A stretch of 64,000 bases of DNA from positions 186,001 through 250,000 of the forward strand of contig MCFE01000003.1 in the NCBI GenBank assembly GCA_002104905.1. The letters are read 5' to 3'. The position numbers and the translations under genes were made by a program. Of the stretch, positions 11,051 through 21,949 are shown in pieces. Numbering within the stretch: the stretch's first letter is position 1; each line of letters opens with the position of its first letter. This stretch comes from Basidiobolus meristosporus CBS 931.73. Its lineage: Eukaryota; Fungi; Basidiobolomycota. Below the pieces are notes generated by a model. It was given only the letters and a program-made list of their open reading frames with translations. It did no database searches and had not been told where the DNA came from.

Positions 11051-12143
11051 GGTAGAGTAGAGTAGGGTAGAGCAATGTTTCAGTTGTAGTCTTGATGATA
11101 GTATGGATTGTGCTATTCGATATGTTCTGACTTATATCAATCTTTTGCTGCGTTTATATATTCGATGACCTGCGGGTGCTCCGTATCCATCCGGCATTCC
11201 AATCGATCTAGAATTGTAAGATTGAACAGGAGGTATTCCCAGAGTGCATTGTGGACGGCGGGTTGATGTTGAACCAAGTTGGCAGAACATTAGGGTAAAG
11301 ACATTGCCGACGTATTCAATCATAGCTGATGGTATCCAGTACTAGGATTGTTCGATCTGTATCGAGCGGCTTACCATGTGACGAGATTACCGATTATCTA
11401 TCACTTCTTTATCACCCTATTGTCACATTACCTTACTTCCTTACAATACTTCAGTTGCGATGGAGGTGGCAACATTGCCGCTCCATTCGGTTCGGGGTAA
11501 CCGCATTCTGATACGTGATTTATACCCACACACGCGTACCTCTCTACGAAATTGGCAACGGTGACATCAACTACTTGCAATATCCGGTTAATCGGTCATG
11601 AGCCATTATCTGCAAATAGAAGGTGGCCACTTTGATGGCCGATCATTTGTATCGTCACGCCAGCTTCCTAACTCGGAATACCAGCCTATTTCCATCACTA
11701 TCCTGTGAGGGATTTTCGAGTCCGAAACCATTGACTAATGGTTAAATCCTGCTTCCTTGAACCCATCCGCATTAGTAAACGACTAAGACAGACCATCGCT
11801 CGATACTGCACTCTGTATTTCAAGAATGTTCTGATATTCTTTCGTGACTGTAGCATCATTTGCAGTCGCCGGTCCATGAAATTAGCCCAGCAACACTGTG
11901 TCCACCGAATTATCGTATGACACTTGAGGAGGCTCATTTAGTATATAATGCTCATTGTAATCGAGCACCGCTCCAGGAAATCATAATACACATTTTGTAC
12001 GTAATAGCGCTAACCAGATCATAGACGCAATACATAGCATATACCTTCACTAGGTCTTCTCAACGACAGGCTTACACAACACGAGCACTTACATTAACGA
12101 CAAATACAACTACCACACCACAGTATATCGAAGCAGCATTATT
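11051..12143. promoter_or_regulatory. Bidirectional promoter P4
   Basis: Mosaic of blocks shared with P5 and with P1/P2; unique B-proximal leader; TATA boxes retained. Confidence 0.7.
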
Positions 12144-12686
12144 ATGGCATTCTGGGATACCTTTGACCTTTGGAGCAAGGATGACTCCTACATTCGGGAC
12201 TGCTACATCGCCCTGTGGACCTTTTGGATCATCTGGTCACTGCTTCTGTTGGCCAGATATTTCTTCGACTGGAAGGATCGTCACCTCGTTGCCGCCCCAG
12301 GCACCGTGCCGGAGATGCACGAGAGAGTAGGCTCCACGGACTCCACTCATCCAGCAGTGGAGAGTCAAGCCACGTCACCCGGTGGTGCCTCCCCTGCTGC
12401 CACTTCTGAGCCTGCTCTATCACCGCTGGGGGCAAAGGTGGCTCGCGCCGAGTCGCTATCACGCAATCTGTTCATCACATTCCTTTGGATGTTGACAGCC
12501 AGCGCGCTAGGCTATGGCATCACTCGAGGCTCGATGATTGTTGCATGGCTCTACTTCTCGTTTGCAGTGGTGTGGATTGCAAGTGAGCTGAGTATCACGC
12601 ATCCAGCGGCAAGAATCGGATTTGGACTCACAGAACTTGGGCTAGCTTTGGCAGTCATGGGAATTGCCTTTAACTTCGGTTGGTAG
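12144..12686 (+). CDS. 4-TM protein subfamily B, copy B4 (180 aa)
   Basis: Protein identical to B2/B3 although its 5' leader is unique. Confidence 0.9.
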   Translation: MAFWDTFDLWSKDDSYIRDCYIALWTFWIIWSLLLLARYFFDWKDRHLVAAPGTVPEMHERVGSTDSTHPAVESQATSPGGASPAATSEPALSPLGAKVARAESLSRNLFITFLWMLTASALGYGITRGSMIVAWLYFSFAVVWIASELSITHPAARIGFGLTELGLALAVMGIAFNFGW

Positions 12687-13324
12687 TTACACTTGAATCG
12701 TTTTATCGTTTTTCTGTATATTGTGTTCCGCATTTAACATTATTTATGTTTATGTAATTGAATAAATATGCTTAATAGAGGCAAATAATTGATTGTTCCG
12801 GATTGAAATGCCGTCTCATGTTCAAGTTGCTGAAATTAATTTGACAGTGGTAATTCATATACAATTCGGATTTGTACACCAGCGCTGCTTCGATATATCA
12901 GCTTTCAGAATGAGACTTCGAGGACCTGATAGACGGATTTTTTGCCAGAATCACTACCAAATATATACTAAAGTAAATATGAATTTGCAATTCTTAGAAG
13001 CCAGATTTCAATGGCATCAAGGTAATTTACATATTGACGCATCCACAGTGAAGTAATTGTGCTCTTGCCATTTTTACACTAACCTATAGGCTAATCACAT
13101 AATTTGGCGTCTCATTTATAAAATATGATTACTCTATGATTAAGGATTACTGCAAGTGCATTGTTCATTACAATATGATGGCATTTATTAAACAAGAAAT
13201 GTGTGCTCTCGCACTATGAACAAACAGCCAAGTACAGTGCTTGAGACAATATACAATCTATTATGGCTAATCTTGGGTATTTTCGGGTGCTTTTTACATT
13301 TATCACGGCACACTTGACCTAATT

Positions 13325-13804
13325 TTACCAGCCTCTGCTGTAGCCAATGGACATCACAGTCAACGCCAGACCAAACTCAATCAGTCCAAATGTCGCATCA
13401 ATGAGCCCGGTGTGCTCGAAATGAATCAGTCCATTAGCAAGCACAAGGTCAACAAACACCCACACTACCGCAAATGAGAAGTAGATCCAGGTCAGAATCA
13501 TGGAGCCATGGGTGAGTCCCAGTCCCAGCGTGCTGGCCACAAGCATCCACAGCATAGTGATGAACACATTGCGTGCCACCTTCTGGGTGTGGCTGACACT
13601 GCAGTGCAAGCCTCGGAAATGCTTGGTGAGGGATGAGCCAGTGGCTGATGCTTGGTTGTTGCTGGTCGACTCAGATCCTTGGTCAGCGAGCAATAGCAGT
13701 GCCCAGATGATCCAGAAGATGAAGAGTGCGATGAACGAGTCTCTGATGTTGCGGTTGTCCCCGAGATTGATTGACTCGAGTGCTAGTGTGGTGGTTGGCT
13801 CCAT
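13325..13804 (-). CDS. 4-TM protein subfamily A, copy A5 (159 aa)
   Basis: Near-identical to A2/A4; ATG at 13802-13804 by alignment. Confidence 0.9.
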   Translation of the reverse strand: MEPTTTLALESINLGDNRNIRDSFIALFIFWIIWALLLLADQGSESTSNNQASATGSSLTKHFRGLHCSVSHTQKVARNVFITMLWMLVASTLGLGLTHGSMILTWIYFSFAVVWVFVDLVLANGLIHFEHTGLIDATFGLIEFGLALTVMSIGYSRGW

Positions 13805-14875
13805 AGTAGAGTAGAGTAGAGTAGGGCAGAGCAATGTTTCAGTTGTAGTCTTGATGATGGTTTGGATTGTGCTATTCGATATGTTCTGACTTATATCAAT
13901 CTTTTGCTGTGTTTATATATTTCATGGCCTACTGGAATGGCTTACCCAGGTGATATTCTAATTGATCGAGGATACCTGTTTAATGAATGGGCATTCACAT
14001 TGAGCTCTTAGTGGGTGGCGCGGTATTGCTGAACCGAGTGGTCAAAATAGCAGGGTAAAGACATTACCAGATGTATTCACACGTAGCTGACCAGATTCAA
14101 TATTAGGATTGTTCGATCTGTATCGAGTGGCTTACCATGTGACGAGATTACCGATTATCTATCACTTCTTTACCACCCTATTGTCACATTACCTTACTTC
14201 CTTACAATACTTCAGTTGCGATGGAGGTGGCAACATTGCCGCTCCATTCGGTTCGGGGTAACCGCATTCTGATACGTGATTTATACCCACACACGCGTAC
14301 CTCTCTACGAAATTGGCAACGGTGACATCAACTACTTGCAATATCCGGTTAATCGGTCATGAGCCATTATCTGCAAATAGAAGGTGGCCACTTTGATGGC
14401 CGATCATTTGTATCGTCACGCCAGCTGCCTAACGCGGAATACAAGACTATTTTCGTCCTCATCCTGTGCGGGATTTTCGAGTCCGAAACCATTGACTAAT
14501 GGCTAAATCTTACTTCCTTGAATTCATCCACCTTAGTCTATGACCAAGACAGTCCATTGATTGAGACGGAAATCATCTTTTCGAGAACGATCCGATTATC
14601 ACTCGCAGTTTTAACCTCCTTGATAGGCACATATCGATGTAGGATAATCCAGGAGCACCGTGATCTTTGTATTTTCTTTTGTCATTTATGGAAGCGCATT
14701 TAGTATATAATGCTCGCCGGGATCGAACCAACGCTTCAGGAAATCACAATACACAGTGTGTACGTAATAGAATTGACTTGATCACAAGAGTAACACACAG
14801 ACTATACTCACTTGAGCGCCACAACAGTACACTACTACTACTACGTCAACTACAGCTACCACTTCACAAGAGATC
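13805..14875. promoter_or_regulatory. Bidirectional promoter P5
   Basis: Homologous mosaic; TATA boxes retained (GTTTATATA ~13912, TAGTATATAA ~14701). Confidence 0.7.
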
Positions 14876-15418
14876 ATGGCATTCTGGGATACCTTTGACC
14901 TTTGGAGCAAGGATGACTCCTACATTCGGGACTGCTACATCGCCCTGTGGACCTTTTGGATCATCTGGTCACTGCTTCTGTTGGCCAGATATTTCTTCGA
15001 CTGGAAGGATCGTCACCTCGTTGCCGCCCCAGGCACCGTGCCGGAGATGCACGAGAGAGTAGGCTCCACGGACTCCACTCATCCAGCAGTGGAGAGTCAA
15101 GCCACGTCACCCGGTGGTGCCTCCCCTGCTGCCACTTCTAAGCCTGCTCTATCACCGCTGGGGGCAAAGGTGGCTCGCGCCGAGTCACTATCACGCAATC
15201 TATTCGTCACATTCCTTTGGATGTTGACAGCCAGCGCGCTAGGCTATGGCATCACTCGGGGCTCGATGATTGTTGCATGGCTCTACTTCTCGTTTGCAGT
15301 GGTGTGGATAGCAAGTGAGCTGAGTATCACACATCCAGCGGCAAGAATCGGATTTGGACTCACAGAGCTTGGACTAGCTTTGGCAGTCATGGGAATTGCC
15401 TTCAACTTCGGGTGGTGA
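14876..15418 (+). CDS. 4-TM protein subfamily B, copy B5 (180 aa)
   Basis: Near-identical to B1-B4 (E>K and I>V changes); TGA stop. Confidence 0.9.
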   Translation: MAFWDTFDLWSKDDSYIRDCYIALWTFWIIWSLLLLARYFFDWKDRHLVAAPGTVPEMHERVGSTDSTHPAVESQATSPGGASPAATSKPALSPLGAKVARAESLSRNLFVTFLWMLTASALGYGITRGSMIVAWLYFSFAVVWIASELSITHPAARIGFGLTELGLALAVMGIAFNFGW

Positions 15419-16514
15419 TAGTCATGCCGAAAGGATTCTATGATTTCATTGTGTATATGTAATATCTAACTTGATTATTTTCACTGGTTACCCATTAAAT
15501 AAAAATTGTATAGTAAATAGCCGCGTGGTCTTTTTCTTAATGTTATTATCAGCATCAATAGTAATAGCTCGCAGTAATGGTGATGCGCCCTACCTGGCCA
15601 CTTTCGTAGTAGACCTTTAGCACTGAAAGCAGCCTCCAACTTAGTCTTCTATTTGCAATATAGTCCCATATTTGTTTTCCTGCTAGGAGCGTGATGACTG
15701 CATAATTACCATTGACTTTTTTAGGTTGAGGTATTTCCGGATAAACAGTATAGCATGTTGATCATTTTATATGTCCACATAACCATGTTGGAATACAATA
15801 AATAGCTGGATCAGCCATTTTGGGCGTATTTGCAAGTTTATTAATTCACAATCTCGATTCACTCAATGTTAATAGTACTAGTTGGAAGTATGCCACCTTT
15901 CCAAATTTAGATTTGATCAGTTCATCACGATCGATACCGTCAAATTATTAGTTCCGGTAAACACATTTGAACGCCCGGATTCGAAATCAATCGGATTTTC
16001 GATATACCACTGTCTCGATGCAATTAGAAAAGCCTTGAGATTTTAATAGGCGCGAACAGGTCTAAGCTATAGAAACTTCTTTGATGCACGTGTGTGTCCT
16101 CTTCATCGTATTAATCTGATAACCCGATCCGTGGGCTAGAAGTACGAAGTGTGATATATGATTTGCTCCACTAAGAATACCAGAGATAATATACTTCAAT
16201 TTACAAAAATATTGAGTTTTTTTGCGCACCATACACTTCACTCACTGCCTCATCCTACCAATGCACTCTACACTCGTGAAATATAATTTGTCATATGCAA
16301 TGTTTGCATTAGAACACCCACTTGCACAAGGATTTCCGAAAACCGTTCAACAATCAGTCGATTTTTCGATAATCTGCTTTGTTTATTTAAACTCTTCGTT
16401 GTGTTTCACATGGCTCGATTTGATTAATTTCTTACAATTGAAAATATTAAGCTATACATACTACGAATGATACGTTATTGACCTTGGAGCTCTTCATGTG
16501 AAGCGCTGCCTCTT

Positions 16515-17072
16515 TTACCATCCGAACTTGAAGGCAATGCCCATGATGGCCAAGGCAAAGGCAAACTCGACCACGCCAAAGCCTGCTCTCGAGATTGGAT
16601 GAGACACGGCAAATTCGACTCCAATCCACACAATGGCGAATGCAAAGTACAGCCAGGCCACGATCATTGAGCCTCGGGTGATGCCGTAACCAAGGGTACT
16701 GGCAACCAACACCCAAAGGAACGTGATGAACAGATTGCGTGCCAATGTCTCCGCCCTAGCCACACTTGCACCCAGACGGGTGAGGGTAGTGGTGTTGGCA
16801 GGAGCGGCTGTGGTGGCAGCGGTCGTGGCTGTAGCTGGTGGAGCAGTTTGACTCTCAACTGCCGGATGTGTAGACTCGGTAGAGTTGACTCTCTCGCGCA
16901 TCGCTGGCCCGGTGGCCGGTGTCTCCATGAGGTGGCGATCGTTCCAAGCGAAGAGGTACTTGGCTAGCTGGAGCAGGCCCCAAACTATCCACAATGTCCA
17001 GAGGGCGATGAAGCTGTCGCGAACGTATTTTGGGTCCTTGCCCCAAAGATCGAATCCGTCCCAGAATGCCAT
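16515..17072 (-). CDS. 4-TM protein subfamily B, diverged paralogue B' (185 aa)
   Basis: MAFWD.FDLW.KD..Y.RD start, ERVNSTESTHPAVESQ loop motif, GYGITRGSMIVAWLYF and AFKFGW end all match B; TATA (TTTATATA) at 17206-17213. Confidence 0.9.
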   Translation of the reverse strand: MAFWDGFDLWGKDPKYVRDSFIALWTLWIVWGLLQLAKYLFAWNDRHLMETPATGPAMRERVNSTESTHPAVESQTAPPATATTAATTAAPANTTTLTRLGASVARAETLARNLFITFLWVLVASTLGYGITRGSMIVAWLYFAFAIVWIGVEFAVSHPISRAGFGVVEFAFALAIMGIAFKFGW

Positions 17073-18220
17073 GTTGTTCAGGAGTGTACGAGAAGTAGTT
17101 GATTAGGTATGAGTGCTGTGTTTGTCGCTTTAGTGCTTGACGCTTTATGCTTTATGCTTTGTGCTTTGTGCTTTGTGATGTCGGACTGCCCACTGTGACC
17201 GCTTGTTTATATAGAAGGTGGGATTCTCTTGTCCTACCTTGAGCACGATTATTCAGCTAGCTTATTATTCAACCTGCTCATCATCCGACTTTGGTCGGTT
17301 TAGGCACTCCCCAATGATGTCATCCTGAATTTGAATCAACCCATCCCCATTCGGATGCGAGTCTCGATTGGCTGAAAGGGGAGCGGGATCATTTGATTGC
17401 TTGATGATTAGTTCCGCAAGGAGCCGGCTTCACTGATGATCATCCTCACACTTCGGTCAAATTCCTCATGCGTTCCGTAGTCAAACATGAAAATAGGAAC
17501 GAGCACAAACACATGAACCATCCAGAGATGGAAACCTCCCATTTTCCCGTTACTTCATTCGAATACAGGTCAACGGCACCAATGACTAATTCTCCAGTCA
17601 GTGCCGCATGACTGTTGATAGGCTCAAGGCAGTATCAGTATTCTTGACATTCTCGCATCGTTGATACTGCCAGTGGCATTCATGGCAGTGTCCCAACATC
17701 AGCACGGTGAATACCGAGGTGAGCTTGAGATTTTTAAGGTGGAAATGTAGGACATGTTACCGGTCGGATGGATAGAAGTCAAAAGATAAGTACGTCCCTT
17801 GAGAGAATGAGGTATCTCCGGAGTTTGGTGCGTGAGACAGTGGCTGAAACGCTACTACTATAAGTGAGGAGCATTTGGTTGCTTGGTTTGACCTAGAAGC
17901 AATGTTGGTAATCAGGATGTCGTAATGCCTATAGAAATGTGCTCATATGAACCAGGCATTTTGCTTCTAGAGTTTTCGGTAAAATCCGGCAAACTGAGTA
18001 ATCACTGATTATTGAAATCCATTTCAAACCAACAGGGAATCTGAATCGTAGGCATCGTGTAGCTGGTCCCGAATGTAACCGAAAGATCGAGATGTAACCG
18101 GCCCCGTTGCATTTCTTGGTGAATAAGCAACCTATATAAATGGGTAGTAATTCGCATAAATCACCATCACAAACACAATTACCAAACAACTCTTAAAGAC
18201 AAGGAAAACAACCTGAAGCA
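17073..18220. promoter_or_regulatory. Bidirectional promoter P6 between B' and A'
   Basis: Outward-facing TATA boxes at 17206-17213 and 18133-18140 (TATATAAA); 1148 bp, similar in size to P1-P5 but not alignable by eye. Confidence 0.65.
17142..17176. repeat. GCTTT(A/G)T heptamer x5 between TATA and ATG of B'
   Basis: gctttat gctttat gctttgt gctttgt gctttgt. Confidence 0.85.
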
Positions 18221-18661
18221 ATGGACGTAACTCAAACCTATAGCGTCTTCTACTTTGCAGACAACCACGATGTTCGCAAGTCTTTTATCGCACTTTTTAC
18301 CTTCTGGATTATATGGGCTTTATTGCTCATTGCTGAACATGGAGTAGGATTCATATCTACTGACGAGGCTTCTACCCCAGCTACCGGTCGTTTCAGTGGC
18401 ACACGAAGCAATATCACTCGCGCTCAAAAGGTCGCTCGTAACGTGTTCATTACTATGTTATGGATGATTGTAGCCAGTGCTCTTGGGTACGGACTCACTC
18501 ATGGTTCCATGATTTTGACTTGGATCTACTTCGCTATTGGAGTAATCTGGGTTGCAGTGGATATGGTGCTAGTCAATAGCATTGTTGACGCCGCCTTTGG
18601 CCTAGTTCAATTTGTCTTGGCGTTGGCTGTGATGGGTATTGGATTTAGTAAGGGTTGGTAG
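18221..18661 (+). CDS. 4-TM protein subfamily A, diverged paralogue A' (146 aa)
   Basis: QKVARNVFITMLWM, GLTHGSMILTWIYF and GFSKGW match subfamily A; TATATAAA at 18133-18140. Confidence 0.9.
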   Translation: MDVTQTYSVFYFADNHDVRKSFIALFTFWIIWALLLIAEHGVGFISTDEASTPATGRFSGTRSNITRAQKVARNVFITMLWMIVASALGYGLTHGSMILTWIYFAIGVIWVAVDMVLVNSIVDAAFGLVQFVLALAVMGIGFSKGW

Positions 18662-19527
18662 AGTCGAATACCACCATGAAACTTTTATTACTACTACTAT
18701 GTGTACATCCTGTGAAATAATTCAATAAATTAATGTTATTTATGCCGATATGGCGGTTCATTTGCATTCTTGTTACCATTAAGCTTGGAAAAGTAAATTC
18801 AACCCTTACTGGTTGTGAAGCAAAACCAGTCCCCTACTTGCCAATAAGGCTAGGTTCAACCTCTTCCTCGCTTAAGGCACCATGTGCTGACCCTTCCGTA
18901 TTCGGATTCTTACCGAAACACGTGGGAGGATGTTACTTAGTCAAGAGGCTGTGACATGACGTAGATGACTCATTGTACTTGTTTTACGATTATTGAGCCA
19001 TCTAATTCCCCATGTCGAGGTTTGCATGGTGAATGACGAAATAAGGGCCTTTCTACACTGATATTAAGGTCAACCTTCATGCACTTCATACATTGTATTA
19101 GATCATCGAATTTGATTCCAAACATTGATTGAAAAGTGGTGGCTTGGTATTTACCTTATTTTATTACTGTAAATACAGTCACTTCAGTACCTCCCCACTG
19201 GATGCCCAGTGGGTACTCTAAAATAATTCGCCGATGTATATAGAATTTAAGAGGCAGATACATAACAAAGGGAATATCCGTACGTTAAAGGGATGGGAAG
19301 CAACCTTAGATGCCCTGGCCTCCGTGATGTTTGGTCCATTGAGTCATGAGGCGTAAATACGTATATTGTTACAGATTTGAAATTCCTTTTTTTACTCTTT
19401 CGTATATAAGCTCCCTACCATCTCCTAGTCATACGCATTGCTACGAGTCAGTCCTTGCTTTCGATACCTTTTCGCCTCACATAGACTCGCGCAATAAAGC
19501 AGTTATACCTTACGAGATTTGTCCGTT

Positions 19528-19734
19528 ATGAGCCAAGTAAGCTTCAAGATAAACATCCTGTTTATCTTCATAATGCTACAATGTGGCATTTCCCTGATTA
19601 CTGCCTTCCCAGCACCATACGAGGCCCAAGCAGGTATGCTTTGGGTACCAGTAAACGCAGTGGAACATCCAGTAGGAGTATTCACGCCTGTCCCTACCGC
19701 CGCTACAGCTCAATCAACCAGCACACAAGCATAA
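19528..19734 (+). CDS. Putative small secreted peptide (68 aa)
   Basis: MSQVSFKINILFIFIMLQCGISLITA-FPAP signal-peptide-like N-terminus; TATATAA ~19404; AATAAA ~19796 and ~19811 downstream; Thr/Ala/Pro-rich tail. Confidence 0.5.
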   Translation: MSQVSFKINILFIFIMLQCGISLITAFPAPYEAQAGMLWVPVNAVEHPVGVFTPVPTAATAQSTSTQA

Positions 19735-19974
19735 TCAAAATCCGCTTCTAAGAAAATATAGACATTTTACTTTATTCTAATCATCTATTGTCTTGAATAA
19801 ATTGCTACCTAATAAAGCCTATACTGTACGAACATCGAGGAGCTTCATCAGCCTGCCCAGGTGAACCTGGCGATGATCGTACCTAGATTACTGGCACCCA
19901 AGCTCAAACTTCTTGAGAGAATGAGTTCCAAACGAGGAACATTACAAGATGATGCCAAAGGTGTATGCAGCTCA

Positions 19975-21646
19975 TCATAGCTCGCTACTAGGCTTCTGGC
20001 CAAGTCGTGCCGCCTTAAATTTGGATACTTTTTTTGCAGGCTTGTTGGGCTCAACATACTAAAAATCAAACTACTTTAAGAAGCTGTTCAATGATTGGAG
20101 CTCTCTCCATATCCTTACCTCCAAATTCTCGTTATTCACAGATGCAAATCCACTGTTGGCAGAAATGAAGTCTTGCCTTCTGCGATGATACTCATTCGTG
20201 ACCTGCGACACCAGCTGTCAATATATTTGATATCGAAAGATTCGTTTTGAAGGTTTACCTCGCGCATAAGCATGTCCTCCTCAATATCCTCTTCCATTGT
20301 TGGTGCACCCTCCTTTTCAACAACCGCACCTTTCATGACCGAACCAACTTGTGGAATGTCCTTGGATCTACGCTTTGATGGAACTTGAGGGATGTTATTC
20401 AATTCCGATTCACTAGATTCAACCCCCATTCGAGCTGCTTTGAAGCGCGAAACCTTCTTGGGCTTGGGATTTTCGTTTGTAGATGAACTAACATTATCAA
20501 TGACTTGGGGCTTCTCGTTTTCAGGAATCACCAGGTCGGGTGGTGCCTCGGATTTCTTAACTGCAGACAGCATTCTACGATATATATCGGCCGGATTTTG
20601 AATCTTGCTAGAGTCTGAGCTGTCGTCTACAACATCAGGCGAAAATGTCACCTTTTTAACTGGTTTGCTTTTACTTGTTTCAGGCTCATTCATCATTCCA
20701 CCTTCTTGTTCTGCTTCTTCTTCCTCCTCTTCCTCTTCATCTTCGTCATCCTCCTCGTCCCCCTCCCCCTCCTCCTCAGGCTCCTCCTCCTCTTCTTCTT
20801 CTCTTCTTCTTCCTCCAATTCCATTTTCGCCAACATATTCAGCAATTTCTGGTCCTCTTTCAATTCTTCTTCAGACTTTTGAGGCTTTACCGTCGGCACT
20901 CTGTGAGTTACTGTAGAACATAATAGTCAGACATGCTTTGAGGTGATTACAGCAATCACAAGAATACCTGGACGCTCTTTTTCTTCTTCTTCGGGATTGT
21001 ATTCTTCCCGAATTTCCATATACTTGAGACCCTCTTCATTGACCTGGTAGAGATTTGGTAAGTGACCAGAATCACCAGAGAAGCACAGGTATTCCCTTTA
21101 CCTCGCCGGTTTCTTGCGTACCAAACAATTCGGGGGTAAGACCAAACTTTTGCTTCAAATCCTTCAGCCGGTCTTCCAAAGTCTTGATGTTCTGATCCAC
21201 CACTGGATAGATAGCGACAAAGCAAGTCAGACTAGCTACTTATCGACGGCGCCAAATTACGACACCTACTTTCTTTTCTACGACCAATGATTTCTACTGC
21301 CTGTTTGCAAGATCTCTCAGCAAACCAGTTGTCCCCTAATAACGCCAACACCTCATTGGTATGGATTAACTTTCCTGGCATGAAAGCTAATTTCCCGAGA
21401 GGAACCTAGTCATATGTCAGCGTATTACAATAGCGAAGCCTCAAGTAGAACACGTCTCTATACCATAACTTCGTACGACGTCTCTTCGGGTAGTTTAAGT
21501 AAGGTGTTTTGTGAAGCTTCGTAATCAGCAGAGTATGTACGCCATCTTTCAATTTCTTCTTGGGTCTGTTTCAGAGTAGCACGCACTCGCTCAGCGTACA
21601 GCTTCAATTCCGATACGTCCACCTTGTCCACGTTCTCGGCACTCAT
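19975..21646 (-). CDS. URI1: Unconventional prefoldin RPB5 interactor (URI1/Bud27), multi-exon
   Basis: Spliced prefoldin-alpha domain (EVMV|VPLGKLAFMPGKLIHTNEVLALLGDNWFAERSCKQAVEIIGRR), poly-E tract, KKVSRFKAAR and KKVSKFKAAR motifs. Confidence 0.85.
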
Positions 21647-21949
21647 GTTTACACTACACTCGCGTAGAGGCAAATAACAGGTAACTAGTGGGGAATTTTT
21701 TTGTTATACATATGCACGGATTTGAGAAAAAAACCAATTTAATCATGTTGATCAGTCGCTCAAAAAGTTGCTTTGATATGTTGTATAGTATTAGTATATG
21801 ATGGCTTCGCTGCGATTTTCCAGGTTCATATTTCTTACGAGACGGCGTAAATAGAGTGACGACATATATAAATAAGCGAACAAACCACTTGGGTCGGCTC
21901 GTTTGCGAATCAATTTAATCAGCCTTTACAAAATATAACTCACAACCGA

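Larger units (their letters stand above)
223..15418. repeat. Tandem array of five A(-)/B(+) divergent gene cassettes
   Basis: A-gene spacing 2671, 2706 and 2754 bp for units 2-5; 4971 bp for unit 1-2 because of the TE insertion. Confidence 0.95.

Noticed and set aside
398-15141. Recurrent antisense or overlapping ORFs on the array genes and promoters (104, 77, 64, 79, 69 aa)
   Set aside because: Shadow frames that recur only because the DNA is repeated; several are broken or truncated in some copies and lack TATA/ATG support
19194-19213. 8-bp-stem hairpin CCCACTGG-ATGC-CCAGTGGG
   Set aside because: Single short palindrome without context; could arise by chance in 64 kb
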